From an uncultured Candidatus Saccharibacteria bacterium (lineage in GTDB: Bacteria > Patescibacteriota > Saccharimonadia > Saccharimonadales > Saccharimonadaceae), in NCBI GenBank assembly GCA_937975975.1, contig CALJTR010000011.1, positions 21,767 through 85,766 of the forward strand: DNA of 64,000 nucleotides, read 5' to 3'. Position 1 is the first letter of the stretch. Every line of letters starts with the position of its first letter. The translations under genes and the position numbers were made by a program. This document shows, piece by piece, positions 49,129 through 59,268 of this stretch. The notes beneath the pieces were generated by a model that saw only the letters and a list, made by a program, of their open reading frames with translations, was not told the DNA's origin and did no database searches.

Positions 49129-52100
49129 CTAGTTCTGTGCGCTTGTCTCGGTTCTTGCAATCAAATCTTTCTCAAATTGCAGCATACCCTTATAATCCGC
49201 GGAGTAATCGCTCGCGTCTGGCAGCTCAAGCGTGATGATACAGCGCCAGACTGCGGCGATGAGTGCAGCGAATTGTGTGAGCTCCTCAGTGCTGAATGTT
49301 TGGTCGAGGCTATGAATATTGCCATGCGAATCCGGCTCAACGAACTGCAGGATCGCGCCGTCAAACTCGTAGCTGGCGTAATCGCGCGAGTGCTGGCAGA
49401 GTAATTGGTAAAACATAAGTTGTTGGCGGTATTTGTGCAGCTTGATTTTTTCGTAATCGCCCCGCCCTGTCCAGCTTGTGCTTGGCTTGCCGGTTTTGTA
49501 GTCTGTCACGAAGATATGATTGTCGTTGATGTCAACGAGGTCAAGCGAGCCGGTCAAGCGGGCATCGCCCAGCGTAACACCTTGCGACGCGAAGTTGAGT
49601 TCAGCTTTTTGCGCAGGCGTGAAGCTGTCGTATTCGGTATGTAAGAATTTACTAAGCGCATCGGTACCGCGCTTAGCGTAGTGGTTGAATTCGTCTATGT
49701 TGAGGCGCTGGTCGTGCAGTTCGCGGACAAAATCACCAATGACGTCTTCAGCGGGGCGGCGTTCGCCGGTGGCACTCAAGTGAGTGTGGGCGCGCTGCAA
49801 TGCGGCGTGAATAGCGGTACCGAAGCTGGCGCCCGCGCTTTTCGCTTGTGGAAAGCGCAGCAAATTATTCATTAAGAATCCTTGCGGCCCACCGTGCGAG
49901 ATATCAATGAAATTGTTGAGATGTGTAGCGGAAAGCTTGTACTGTTCTAACATTGGCGCGAGTAATGCTTTCATGCTAGCGGTTGGCTTACGGATAATGC
50001 GGTCATGCCACGCGGTTTGCGCTTGTGCGGTTAACTGCGCGACTGTTTCTGGCGTGCGGTGTACGATTGGCTGCAAATTCACGCCAGTCAGGAAACCGGC
50101 GACGAGCGTATCTTTGCCGTTTAGATCGGCGCGCGAGTACGTTAAAAACAGTTGGCGTTTCGCGCGCGTCATAGCGACGAAATAGAGGCGCAGGCGCTCA
50201 TCGTAGGTGTCGGCGTTCGGCGCAATGGTGATATTTTCCGGGTAGCTGATGGTGCGGCTGCGCCCGCGGACGCGCTCGCCCCATTGCGCGTCGATGGAAT
50301 TAATGACGTAAACGGTGTCAAACTCAAGCCCTTTAGACTTGTGGGCGGTCATTAGGTTGATAGCGTCGTCGATTGTATCGCTGCGGCGGCGGACGCTAGT
50401 GATCGGCGTGTCAAGTTGGCGGTAGTCGTCAATGAAGTCGACGAAATCGGCGATGGTGAGATGGTCGCCGCGATAGTCGCGCAGTTTGCTGCGGATTGTG
50501 CGCAGGGCTTCAAGCGCTTCAAGGTACGCTTCGGGATTTTTTGCGAGTACGTCTGCGCTGAAGTAATGTTCATAGAGCGGCGATGTAAATTGCCGTTTTT
50601 TGCCGTTTGGCACGCCGATAAGCTCGTCGATAAATTCTTCGACCGATTCGTGCGCGGCTGCCCTTGCCCGCTCCAGCAACCATGCTGCAAATGGCGCAAG
50701 CGCGGGCGTTGCAAGCATGGTGTTAATCCATGACGTGCGGTTGCGGTAGGCGTTGACGCTTAGTTTCCAGATCGTTTCAGGCGAGAAATCGTACATTGGG
50801 TGCGACACGAGCTCGGGCAGCAGGCTGTCGGCTTCGTTGTGTTGCCCGCTGGCGATGGCAGTGACGGTGCGCGCGAGCAGCTCAATTGCCGCGATGCGTT
50901 CGTCGTCCAGCACATTGTCGCGCCGTTCGTAGTTGACTGCAATGCCGCGCTCGTGCAAATACGGCAGCAGTTCGACTAAATCGCGGTGGCGCCGGCTAAT
51001 TACGGCGATGCCGCTCGGGCGAGCGCCATGCGCGATCTGCTTGGCGATATGCTCTGCGATCCAGGCGCGTTCGTCTGCGGGCGTAGTATGTTCGTGCAAT
51101 TCAACCATCTTGCTTTCTGCTACATGCGATGTCAATTGTTTATTAATCTCCATCGTTGTCTCTAAGCGTCCGCTTGCCTGCGTAATGACAGCGCGCGCGT
51201 TGTCAAGGATCTTTTGCGCTGAGCGGTAGTTTTCGGTGAGTACGACATGGCGGTAATTTGGATAGCGCTCGCGGAATCGGTGGATATTGCCGACGTCTGC
51301 ACCTTGAAAACTGTAAATTGCCTGGTCGTCGTCGCCAACCGCCATAATATTCGGCGCGTCGCCTGTTGGACTGTCGGTGAGGTTAAACAGAATACGCAGC
51401 TGTGCTAAATTCGTGTCCTGAAATTCGTCAACGAGAATATAATGATAGCGTTCTTGCAGATTGAATTTGAGTTCGGGCGATTGCTCAATTGCTTGCACAA
51501 CATTTAGAATCATGTCGTCGTAATCGTATGATGCTGCTTTTTGCATCAGCTCGCGGTAGCGGTTATATACTGGCGCCATAGCGCGCAATTTAGCGTGGCG
51601 TTTACGATCCTTAAACACAAATGCGCCGGTTGAGTCTTTCTCCATCCAGGCGTTGCGCCAGGCAGTGATTGGCGTGGTTTTGCCGGATTCAACCGCAGCG
51701 TCGAAGGCATGCGCCAGGCTAAGCGCCAGATTGTTTGCAAGCGGCGTAATTGCGGGCGGTAATTTCGGCAGCGGCAGCTCGGCGACTGTTTTTGCGATGG
51801 GCGCGATGAGTGTGATTGTCGTTTTGCTGATTCTGTTTGCAAAAATTGACGCTAAATTCGCTTCGACTGCGTTAAGTGTCTCGTCGTTATTATCAATAAT
51901 TTGCAGCAGCTCCCCGCTCGTTAGGCCTGCCTGCTTCAGCTCGCTGATCACTTGCATCGCATCGCGCAAATGCGTGTATTCGCCATTCATTTTGCTTGCG
52001 AGCGGATTGTCGTGGTGTAGCTCGTCGAAAATTTGCATCATAAATGCGTGCATCGTTAAATCGTCGGCTGGTTTGAATGCTGCGCCATGGTAAAAATATT

Positions 52101-52434
52101 CGCTGTTGTGATTGATCGTTTCCGTGCCAAAACTGTGGAATGTTTGAATCGCTACTTTGTAGGCATCAGGCCCGATAATACGCGCCAGGCGCGCTCGCAT
52201 TGCTGTTGCGCCACTGTCGGTAAACGTGAGGCACAAAATGTTTTCGGGCAGCGTGTCGGTTTTATGTAGAATATTTGCGACGCGCATACTCAGCAGCTCG
52301 GTCTTGCCGGTGCCTGGCCCCGCCACTACGAGCAGCGGTCCGTCAATTGTATCAACCGCCTCGCGCTGGGCGGCGTTAAGTTTATTGTAGCGCGTGTGAA
52401 AAGTCGTCATTGCATTTATTGTACCGCATATCAA
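49129..52434 (-). CDS. UvrD/PcrA/AddA-like superfamily 1 DNA helicase fused to a C-terminal RecB-family (PD-(D/E)XK) nuclease domain
   Basis: Walker A 'VVAGPGTGKTELL'. Helicase motifs ('VLVDEFQDTN', 'NYRS'). C-terminus has 'DLVDINDNHIFVTDYKTGK' and 'QLMFYQLL', which is RecB nuclease motif III and QxxxY. Confidence 0.75.
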   Translation of the reverse strand: MICGTINAMTTFHTRYNKLNAAQREAVDTIDGPLLVVAGPGTGKTELLSMRVANILHKTDTLPENILCLTFTDSGATAMRARLARIIGPDAYKVAIQTFHSFGTETINHNSEYFYHGAAFKPADDLTMHAFMMQIFDELHHDNPLASKMNGEYTHLRDAMQVISELKQAGLTSGELLQIIDNNDETLNAVEANLASIFANRISKTTITLIAPIAKTVAELPLPKLPPAITPLANNLALSLAHAFDAAVESGKTTPITAWRNAWMEKDSTGAFVFKDRKRHAKLRAMAPVYNRYRELMQKAASYDYDDMILNVVQAIEQSPELKFNLQERYHYILVDEFQDTNLAQLRILFNLTDSPTGDAPNIMAVGDDDQAIYSFQGADVGNIHRFRERYPNYRHVVLTENYRSAQKILDNARAVITQASGRLETTMEINKQLTSHVAESKMVELHEHTTPADERAWIAEHIAKQIAHGARPSGIAVISRRHRDLVELLPYLHERGIAVNYERRDNVLDDERIAAIELLARTVTAIASGQHNEADSLLPELVSHPMYDFSPETIWKLSVNAYRNRTSWINTMLATPALAPFAAWLLERARAAAHESVEEFIDELIGVPNGKKRQFTSPLYEHYFSADVLAKNPEAYLEALEALRTIRSKLRDYRGDHLTIADFVDFIDDYRQLDTPITSVRRRSDTIDDAINLMTAHKSKGLEFDTVYVINSIDAQWGERVRGRSRTISYPENITIAPNADTYDERLRLYFVAMTRAKRQLFLTYSRADLNGKDTLVAGFLTGVNLQPIVHRTPETVAQLTAQAQTAWHDRIIRKPTASMKALLAPMLEQYKLSATHLNNFIDISHGGPQGFLMNNLLRFPQAKSAGASFGTAIHAALQRAHTHLSATGERRPAEDVIGDFVRELHDQRLNIDEFNHYAKRGTDALSKFLHTEYDSFTPAQKAELNFASQGVTLGDARLTGSLDLVDINDNHIFVTDYKTGKPSTSWTGRGDYEKIKLHKYRQQLMFYQLLCQHSRDYASYEFDGAILQFVEPDSHGNIHSLDQTFSTEELTQFAALIAAVWRCIITLELPDASDYSADYKGMLQFEKDLIARTETSAQN

Positions 52435-52492
52435 GTGCCGCAGGCTACTTGCTGATGAGAGTTTTGCGGCGTCTATACTTCTCGCTCTTGAA

Positions 52493-53035
52493 GTGCGTAA
52501 ACGCTCTGAGCTTACGCCTCGGCGATTATGCTATAATTATCCTATGGAATCCGACCAGTTGGTTGATAGTTTGGCGCTGGAGCGGGCGGCAAACGAGTTG
52601 TTTGGCATGCCGATTGAAGTCGACACGATAGTCGCGCAGCGCCTTGATTGCGGGCAGAACGCGCAGGCGACGTTTTTTCTGTCGAAAAAACGCCAATTGT
52701 ATTGCTATATTGAAGGTCCGGCGCATTTAACGCTCGGCGATATCAAAAAAATGGCGACGCGCATGGGCGTACGCGTGGAAATGTTTGTGCCGCCGCGAGG
52801 CCGCCCGATGTACTTTGACGATGTTGCGCGGCGCAAATTCGTCGCTATCTATCCGGGCCGCCGCGATATTCAGCCGGATGACTTGCGGTATTACCGTACG
52901 CTTGCGCCGTATTGCCCGGCGCTTCTCATCATCAACGAGGTGAAAGACGATATGATTTATTGCGCCGATCATGACGCGCGTACTGGTTGGCGTCCGGCGG
53001 TGAAGCTAGCATACCGGAGGATCCTGACCAGCTGA
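52493..53035 (+). CDS. Hypothetical protein (180 aa) translationally coupled to the P-type ATPase (TGATG overlap)
   Basis: ORF with the stop TGA overlapping the ATG at 53035. No motif I can name. Confidence 0.4.
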   Translation: MRKRSELTPRRLCYNYPMESDQLVDSLALERAANELFGMPIEVDTIVAQRLDCGQNAQATFFLSKKRQLYCYIEGPAHLTLGDIKKMATRMGVRVEMFVPPRGRPMYFDDVARRKFVAIYPGRRDIQPDDLRYYRTLAPYCPALLIINEVKDDMIYCADHDARTGWRPAVKLAYRRILTS

Positions 53036-55404
53036 TGCGCGATTACGCGGAAATCATAAAGCGGAATGTGCTTTCGCCCGTCGTACTGGCGGTTTTTGTG
53101 TTGGCGGGCGCGCTGCTCTACGTGCGCGAGTATCGCGATGCATGGTTTATGTCGGTGGTGATTTCTATCAATACGGTGATCGGCGTCGTGCAGGAAATCC
53201 GCGCCAAACGTGTGCTGAAAAAGTTGGAGTTGATGAATGCGCCAGTCGCGCGCGTGGAGCGTAAAGGCAAAATCGTTGAGATTTCGTATGATAAATTGCG
53301 GCTCGGCGACACGCTGCACATTCGCGCGGGTGATGAACTGCCGGCAGACGGCGACGTAACACGGTCGCACGGGCTAGAACTGGATGAGAGTATGCTGACC
53401 GGTGAATCGGCGGCTGTTGAGAAATCGGCGCATGACCGCGTATACGCTGCAACTGTTGTGACGGCGGGCGACGGCGTGGTCGCTGTGCGGGCGCTTGGGG
53501 CAGATACGCGCGCTGGTGCGATTAGCGCGGTGCTGAAGCGCTACACGCCGGCGCTTACGCCGCTGCAGCGCGCGATCCAGACGGCGATTACTTTTTTGAC
53601 ATACGGTGCAATTGTACTATCGCTGCTAATTTTTGTGAGTTATTATTTTTCTGGATTTGATTCAATACAGATTTTGAAAACAATTACCGTTGCGTCGGTG
53701 ACAGTGATACCCGAGGGTTTATTGCTCGCGAGTTCCCTGCTATTAGCGTTTGGGTCGCTGCATTTGGCGCAGGCAAAGGTGCTGCCGCAAAAATTATCGG
53801 CAATTGAGGCGATGGCGCTCCTCGGCGTGCTCTGCGTAGATAAAACTGGTACGCTAACGAGCGATGAAGTAACGCTTGAGTCGTGCGAATCGTTTGACGC
53901 GCATACCGATACCGCCCGCTTAGCGGCGCTCGTGGCGCGCGAAACGGGCGGCGGCAATATTACGGCGGCAGCAATTTTGGCGGCGGCTAATCCGCCGGCT
54001 GATGCGAATATTACCGGCGTTCTCGCTTTTTCGTCGGCGCGAAAACTGGCGGGCGTCCGCGCGGTCATGAGCGGCAAGACGCGTACGCTCGTTATGGGGG
54101 CGCCGGAATTTGTGGCGAAACTTGCGCCATTAAGTAGTAAACAGTCTGAGCAAATTGACTCGTGGGTGTCTCGCGGCATGCGTGTGCTGCTGCTTGCTGG
54201 GTTCTCTGACGCAAAAACGCCGCTTAAAAATCTTGCGCGCGGCTCGGGCAAACCGCTTGGAATCGTTATACTGCGCAATAGTTTACGCGATGGCGTACAG
54301 GATACGGTGCGCTTTTTGCAAGGGCATGGCGTGTCGATTCGTGTGATTAGCGGCGATAACCCGCGTACGGTGCAATATATTGCGCGGGCAGCAGGTATTC
54401 ATAACCCTGAGAAATCAATCACCGGCGCCGAACTGGCAAAATTAAGCGATGAAGCCTTTATGCGCGCTGCCGACGAGCATACGATTTTTGCGCGCGTCTT
54501 GCCGGAGCAGAAAGAGCGCCTGATCGCCCATTTTCGCAACCAGGGTAAATTCACTGGTATGGTTGGCGATGGCGTAAATGATGCGCTTGCGCTTAAGCAA
54601 GCCGATCTTGGCGTCGCTATGCGTGCTGGTGCGCCTGCTAGCCGCCGCGTTGCCGACTTGATTCTACTGAACAACTCATTCACGTCGCTGCCGGCTGGTA
54701 TGCAGCTCGGCAATCGGATCATTCAGGCGATTGAAATCATCGCGATTCTCTTCTTCCATAAGATTATCTACGGTGTTGTGCTGCTATTTTCGACGATTGT
54801 GCTTGGCGTTGTCTATCCATATGCACCGCGCCACGTGACATTCTTAAACATCTTTCTCGTGACGATGCCAACAATTATGTGGACGCTGTTTCCGCCTTCG
54901 CCTGCGCATCGTGTGGATCCGCGTGGCTTTTGGCGCGATACACTACGGGCGGTTGCGCCAATCGCTATCCTCACAGGCTTGACGATTGCGGCTGTATATT
55001 GGATTATGCTGAAAACGCCTGGCGTCCAGCCGTCGCAGGCCGCCACGATGACGGTACTCATCGCGACGTTTTTTGGCGTGTATCTCGTGTTTTTGGCGGG
55101 AATTATGCTTGGTGTTACGCTTGATAACCGCGCGAAATTGGCGCGTGCGCTGTACTTGGCTGCAGTCGCGGTGGTGGCAATTGCCGGTTTCGCGATTGTT
55201 CCACTGCGCCGCTTTTTTGACTTCACCGCGCCAAATGCGGCGCTGCTGTGGCCTGGCGCAGCGATCGTAGCGGCTGTGGCGGTTGTGCAGTATATTATTG
55301 CTGAGCGCGCTGGCTTGATGATTGAGCGCGGTATGGACGGGGTATCGCGCACGTCGGATACTGCGCCTAACTCCCTAAAAAAAGAAATAACCCCGCACGA
55401 GTAA
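53035..55404 (+). CDS. Cation-transporting P-type ATPase (type II/III-like; PEGL motif)
   Basis: 'LTGESAAVEK' (TGES), 'VIPEGLLLAS' (PEGL), 'CVDKTGTLT' (phosphorylation site), 'GDGVNDALALKQADLGVAM'. About 8-10 TM helices. The ORF track extends to 52987; ATG at 53035 preferred. Confidence 0.8.
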   Translation: MRDYAEIIKRNVLSPVVLAVFVLAGALLYVREYRDAWFMSVVISINTVIGVVQEIRAKRVLKKLELMNAPVARVERKGKIVEISYDKLRLGDTLHIRAGDELPADGDVTRSHGLELDESMLTGESAAVEKSAHDRVYAATVVTAGDGVVAVRALGADTRAGAISAVLKRYTPALTPLQRAIQTAITFLTYGAIVLSLLIFVSYYFSGFDSIQILKTITVASVTVIPEGLLLASSLLLAFGSLHLAQAKVLPQKLSAIEAMALLGVLCVDKTGTLTSDEVTLESCESFDAHTDTARLAALVARETGGGNITAAAILAAANPPADANITGVLAFSSARKLAGVRAVMSGKTRTLVMGAPEFVAKLAPLSSKQSEQIDSWVSRGMRVLLLAGFSDAKTPLKNLARGSGKPLGIVILRNSLRDGVQDTVRFLQGHGVSIRVISGDNPRTVQYIARAAGIHNPEKSITGAELAKLSDEAFMRAADEHTIFARVLPEQKERLIAHFRNQGKFTGMVGDGVNDALALKQADLGVAMRAGAPASRRVADLILLNNSFTSLPAGMQLGNRIIQAIEIIAILFFHKIIYGVVLLFSTIVLGVVYPYAPRHVTFLNIFLVTMPTIMWTLFPPSPAHRVDPRGFWRDTLRAVAPIAILTGLTIAAVYWIMLKTPGVQPSQAATMTVLIATFFGVYLVFLAGIMLGVTLDNRAKLARALYLAAVAVVAIAGFAIVPLRRFFDFTAPNAALLWPGAAIVAAVAVVQYIIAERAGLMIERGMDGVSRTSDTAPNSLKKEITPHE

Positions 55405-55440
55405 CCCGTGCGGGGACGCCTGGATTTCAGGCGGTTTTGC
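55391..55440 (+). terminator. Tandem terminator hairpins after the P-type ATPase gene
   Basis: ccccgcacg-agtaacc-cgtgcgggg, then cgcctg-gatttc-aggcg-gttttgc. Confidence 0.55.
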
Positions 55441-55487
55441 TGGTTAGTTTACTTTGCACCCACCAGCTGAGTGCAGACACCTGCTGC

Positions 55488-55739
55488 TTACTCCTCTTCC
55501 TCTCTCATGCCCTGAAAGACAATTAGGTTGAAAGCTAACGTAATGCCAGTAGCCAGTAGAGCTATTACCGAGCGTGTATGTTCGATAATACACACTTGTA
55601 TTGATAACGCAACAGCGAATGCTGCCGCTGCTGACCATCTGATGATGGTATTGTACCGCGCTTTGTCTAAGGCGTACATAACCATCCCCGGAAAGGGGAG
55701 AGAAACGACGAACAGGAGGACAATGAAAACGGTAAACAT
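55488..55739 (-). CDS. Small membrane protein (about 83 aa from MFTVFIVLL...)
   Basis: SD 'AAAGGAGA' 6 nt upstream of the ATG at 55739. Two hydrophobic helices. Confidence 0.45.
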   Translation of the reverse strand: MFTVFIVLLFVVSLPFPGMVMYALDKARYNTIIRWSAAAAFAVALSIQVCIIEHTRSVIALLATGITLAFNLIVFQGMREEEE

Positions 55740-55966
55740 TCTTACCGTCTCCTTTCTTGTTCTATGAGGTGCCAGCCTTTGACACCTCAAGTCTTCAAGT
55801 ATCCGACTTGAAGACAAAGTGCCTAATGATAGCTGGTGCTACCAAAAAGGCTAATATGCTATTATATATCATATAAAGACTACAAAGTCAATACTTTTTA
55901 CTAAAATTATGTCATAATATCAAAAAATCAGCTTCCGGAAGCCGATTTCCCTAGCCTCGCGGCGAA

Positions 55967-56725
55967 ATGTGCGCTACAGTGGGCAGTGAAATGACGAAAA
56001 TAGAGAAAATAATGGCACGCGGAGCAGGACTTCATCCGGCGCAGACCAAGATTTTGCGGGAGCTGCTATTTATGCCGACGGCACGCTTTGCCGAGCTGCA
56101 AAAAGCCAGCGGATTAGAAAGCGATCATGCGAAATTTCACATCAAACGACTGGTCAAGCTGGGCTATGTCAACAAGATTGGTAATGTATACCAGCTCAGT
56201 GTAACAGGTAAAGAATACGCTAACAAACTTGACACCGATGCCGGCGTGATTGAACGGCAGCCGAAAGTCGCTGTGCTGCTCGTCGTTGAACGGTATAATC
56301 CCAAAACGCATATGGCAGAATATCTATTACAGAAACGACTGAAACATCCCTACTTCGGATTTTGGGGCGCACCGACCGGCAAGGTGCGTTGGGGCGAAAC
56401 ACTGCTAGACGCTGCCGCACGCGAGCTAAAAGAAGAAACCGGGCTAACCGGTGTATTTGAATATCGCGGCATATACCATGAGCGCGTGCGCCGCCAAGCG
56501 ACAGGCGAAATAATCGAAGATAAATTGTTCCAACTGATGTTTTGCGACCGGTTTAGCGGCGAACTGCAGGTGGAATTTGATGGTGGATATAACACATGGC
56601 ATACGCTTGAATATATGGCATTAGAGCCGAAAAAGTATAAAGGTTTTGAAACCGAAATAGCAGCGTGTTTGGATAGCGTGCCGCTTACCGAGCGGATGCA
56701 TGACTACGGCGACAGTGAATTCTGA
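55967..56725 (+). CDS. NUDIX hydrolase with an N-terminal winged-helix (HTH) domain
   Basis: Nudix box '[27 protein letters not shown]' (GX5EX7REUXEEXGU). N-terminus '[39 protein letters not shown]' is HTH-like. Confidence 0.75.
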   Translation: MCATVGSEMTKIEKIMARGAGLHPAQTKILRELLFMPTARFAELQKASGLESDHAKFHIKRLVKLGYVNKIGNVYQLSVTGKEYANKLDTDAGVIERQPKVAVLLVVERYNPKTHMAEYLLQKRLKHPYFGFWGAPTGKVRWGETLLDAAARELKEETGLTGVFEYRGIYHERVRRQATGEIIEDKLFQLMFCDRFSGELQVEFDGGYNTWHTLEYMALEPKKYKGFETEIAACLDSVPLTERMHDYGDSEF

Positions 56726-59268
56726 CATATAAAAAACTTACCAGCCGATGAATCAGTGAGTTAACTGCTTGTATGGAGATTGCACACTTTTTCGGCGGCG
56801 GACAGGGGCTACCCGCCCCCTGTCGCCATTCACTACCACTCAGAAAAGCTGTTGTAATGTTATATTCCAGCACCATCGCGCGGGATGATGCACCACGATG
56901 GGCATGGGTCTCGTAGTCCTTCCTCCTGTCCCTGATGACTCCATGGCTGCATAGGACGTTTGCCTGCGGGCATAGCCGAACCTCCTTGGCTAACGGTGTG
57001 GGCCGTCTTATCCGTATGGCCGCTCGGTGAATGATGAGGCGGCCTACAGGACAGACAACGCTAGGAGGAGCGGAGGAGTCCAGGGGCGGATGAGAGGAAC
57101 GCTGAGGGCAGAAGGATGAGAATATGCAATTACGTATTTATTCCACGTGCCGGCATCAGATTGAGCCGACGAACCTCTTCATCGAATTTACTTGCTTAAC
57201 ATTTTTAGCTCCACTCGCTTACGTACGTTAAAAGAACCGCCTCCGCAAGTAGTACTGAGACTATCGCAAACACCACCTTGAATAGAATAATGTATGGGTA
57301 AATCTCCGGGAATAGCCAGCAATAAAAGCAGGAACTAGTGTAGCAAGTGGTGTAAACCCTTGGAATGGAGCGTTGACGCCGGAGGAATCTTTTATCGAAA
57401 GCGCAATAATCTCGGAAATAGCAAAAGAGACAAGAGATGCGATGAACGCAGGTATGGCAAGCATTGACCTTTTTGGATTCATTACGATACGAAGGCTAAA
57501 AGGAATCCTATGTGGGGTTGGCGCATACACATATACCGCCTGACCATCCCAGCGCGTAGTAATAGTATCAAGATACTGATTTTCCGAACGTCCATACGCA
57601 TGCAGACGCCCAGAAGACCTCAGGCCTTCACATCAAACTTCATCAACGCTCATACCATCAGGAATTAAAAAACGTCCATGTAAAGCGATTTTTATTGTCT
57701 GTATTAGCATGGGTCAGAACAAATGAAGAGGAGGTCAAACCAAATTTACTTATACGTTCTATTAATGAAGAAAGAAAATTATTTTCTGGCTTAAATGCGT
57801 TTGCTTGTTTGGCAATGGCCGTATTAAATTTGAATCTAATTTTTGCGCGCTTTACTTGTTCATCGTTTGGTACACTAATCCATACAAACGTTGGGACATT
57901 CAATAAGTTGATAGTTTTACATACCCTCTTGACATCAGAGAGAATGTCAAGTACCTTGCATATATCGGCATTAAGGACTCATCCGGTGCACCCAATACGA
58001 ACATTTTATATACTCGACTAACGATATCAGGGGCGTCATATATCTTATGAAGATGTCTCTTATTGCTGCCAATTTGAGTCGGTCCAAACAGCATTAGGGT
58101 TAAATATCTGACCACTTCTTTTCGGGTAAGCAAGCAAGTCTGCTCTTCCCATGGGCTATCTAATGATAGGGTCATGTGCGGACGAAATCCTAGAGTATCT
58201 AGGGGTAGCAGCAATCTAGAATCCCCATATGGGACCGGGTAAACCTTCATCAGGTCCTGTAAGCGCCCGAAATCAAGTCGTATATGAGCGTTCGACTGAT
58301 GGTTTCTCTGTCCAAGTAGTCAAACTGACTTACTTTGCGCGCAAGCCAGTCCTGTCTGCTTGCGAGTAGGTAGCAAAAATTAACCGAGTGCGTAACTAAC
58401 TCAGACGGGGTCGGAGGAAAATCAAGAATAGAATCCGTTTATTGAGTTCTAAATAATTGACAAACGAAAACTGTTAGGTTATGCCGATAATCTTTTCGCC
58501 ACTTCTTTCTCGCGTTTTCTAGCCAACACTTCCTCAATCTCTCCACGATGCTTATCAATGAACTCGGTCAACAACTCTGGCTCCTCGGCGCCAGCGGGTA
58601 CGACGATTGTTCCGCGAGCCTTCACTTTCACGTCGTCCGCCCCTTCCTTCTCGGTAGGAAACATCATTGCCCTCTCCACAATTTTTACTAACTTTTTCAA
58701 TAAACCAGAACTTGGGGTGCATGATTCCCCTTGACGAGAATCTTCGTGCTGGCAGACGGGTTCAAAGGAGCCAGCATCTGTATGTTTTGATCGTTTCTCC
58801 ATAATTACTATCCATAGTAGCATATTTTACAATGTAACGAACATAGAACATTAGACAAATGTATTTTGTTGAATATTCCCATCAGAGTCTAGCCTCCGTC
58901 GCTCTGGTCGAGAATAGGTAGCGGCGGGGACGCAGGCAGAGCCACTGTCCACCTTCGGTGCCCAGCAGGCAACCACCCCTCTGAGGTGGCTCTCCTGCGG
59001 TCGCCCGGGTGTGTTCCGCATGCTCGCGCCCGGTGAACACCATGTCGCGCCTCTCTCCTCTCTGAGAAGATGTCTCGTTCAGCACCATTGATGATCCCGA
59101 GGCCTACGCGCCAGCGGCCGGTACCAGGTACCAGGTACTGGGTGTCGCGAAACCCTGATCAAACAGAAATACACCCAGGAGACCATGCCCTAGACGCACA
59201 ACTTGTTTGAGCCTAGACGGAACGGTTTGCCGCTCGACAAAACAGGTTATTGATAGAAGTGATACTTT

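Noticed and set aside
57085-57110. GGAGGAGTCCAGGGGC resembling the RNase P CR-I (GAGGAAAGUCCGGGC) on the plus strand
   Set aside because: Isolated match with no other RNase P blocks at the appropriate spacing. A plus-strand RNA would run into minus-strand ORFs. The 48.3-48.7 kb locus is a much better rnpB candidate.
58882-59088. 68-aa minus-strand ORF in the GC-rich stretch
   Set aside because: Arg/Gly-rich composition typical of random GC-rich sequence, and no SD. Treated as non-coding.
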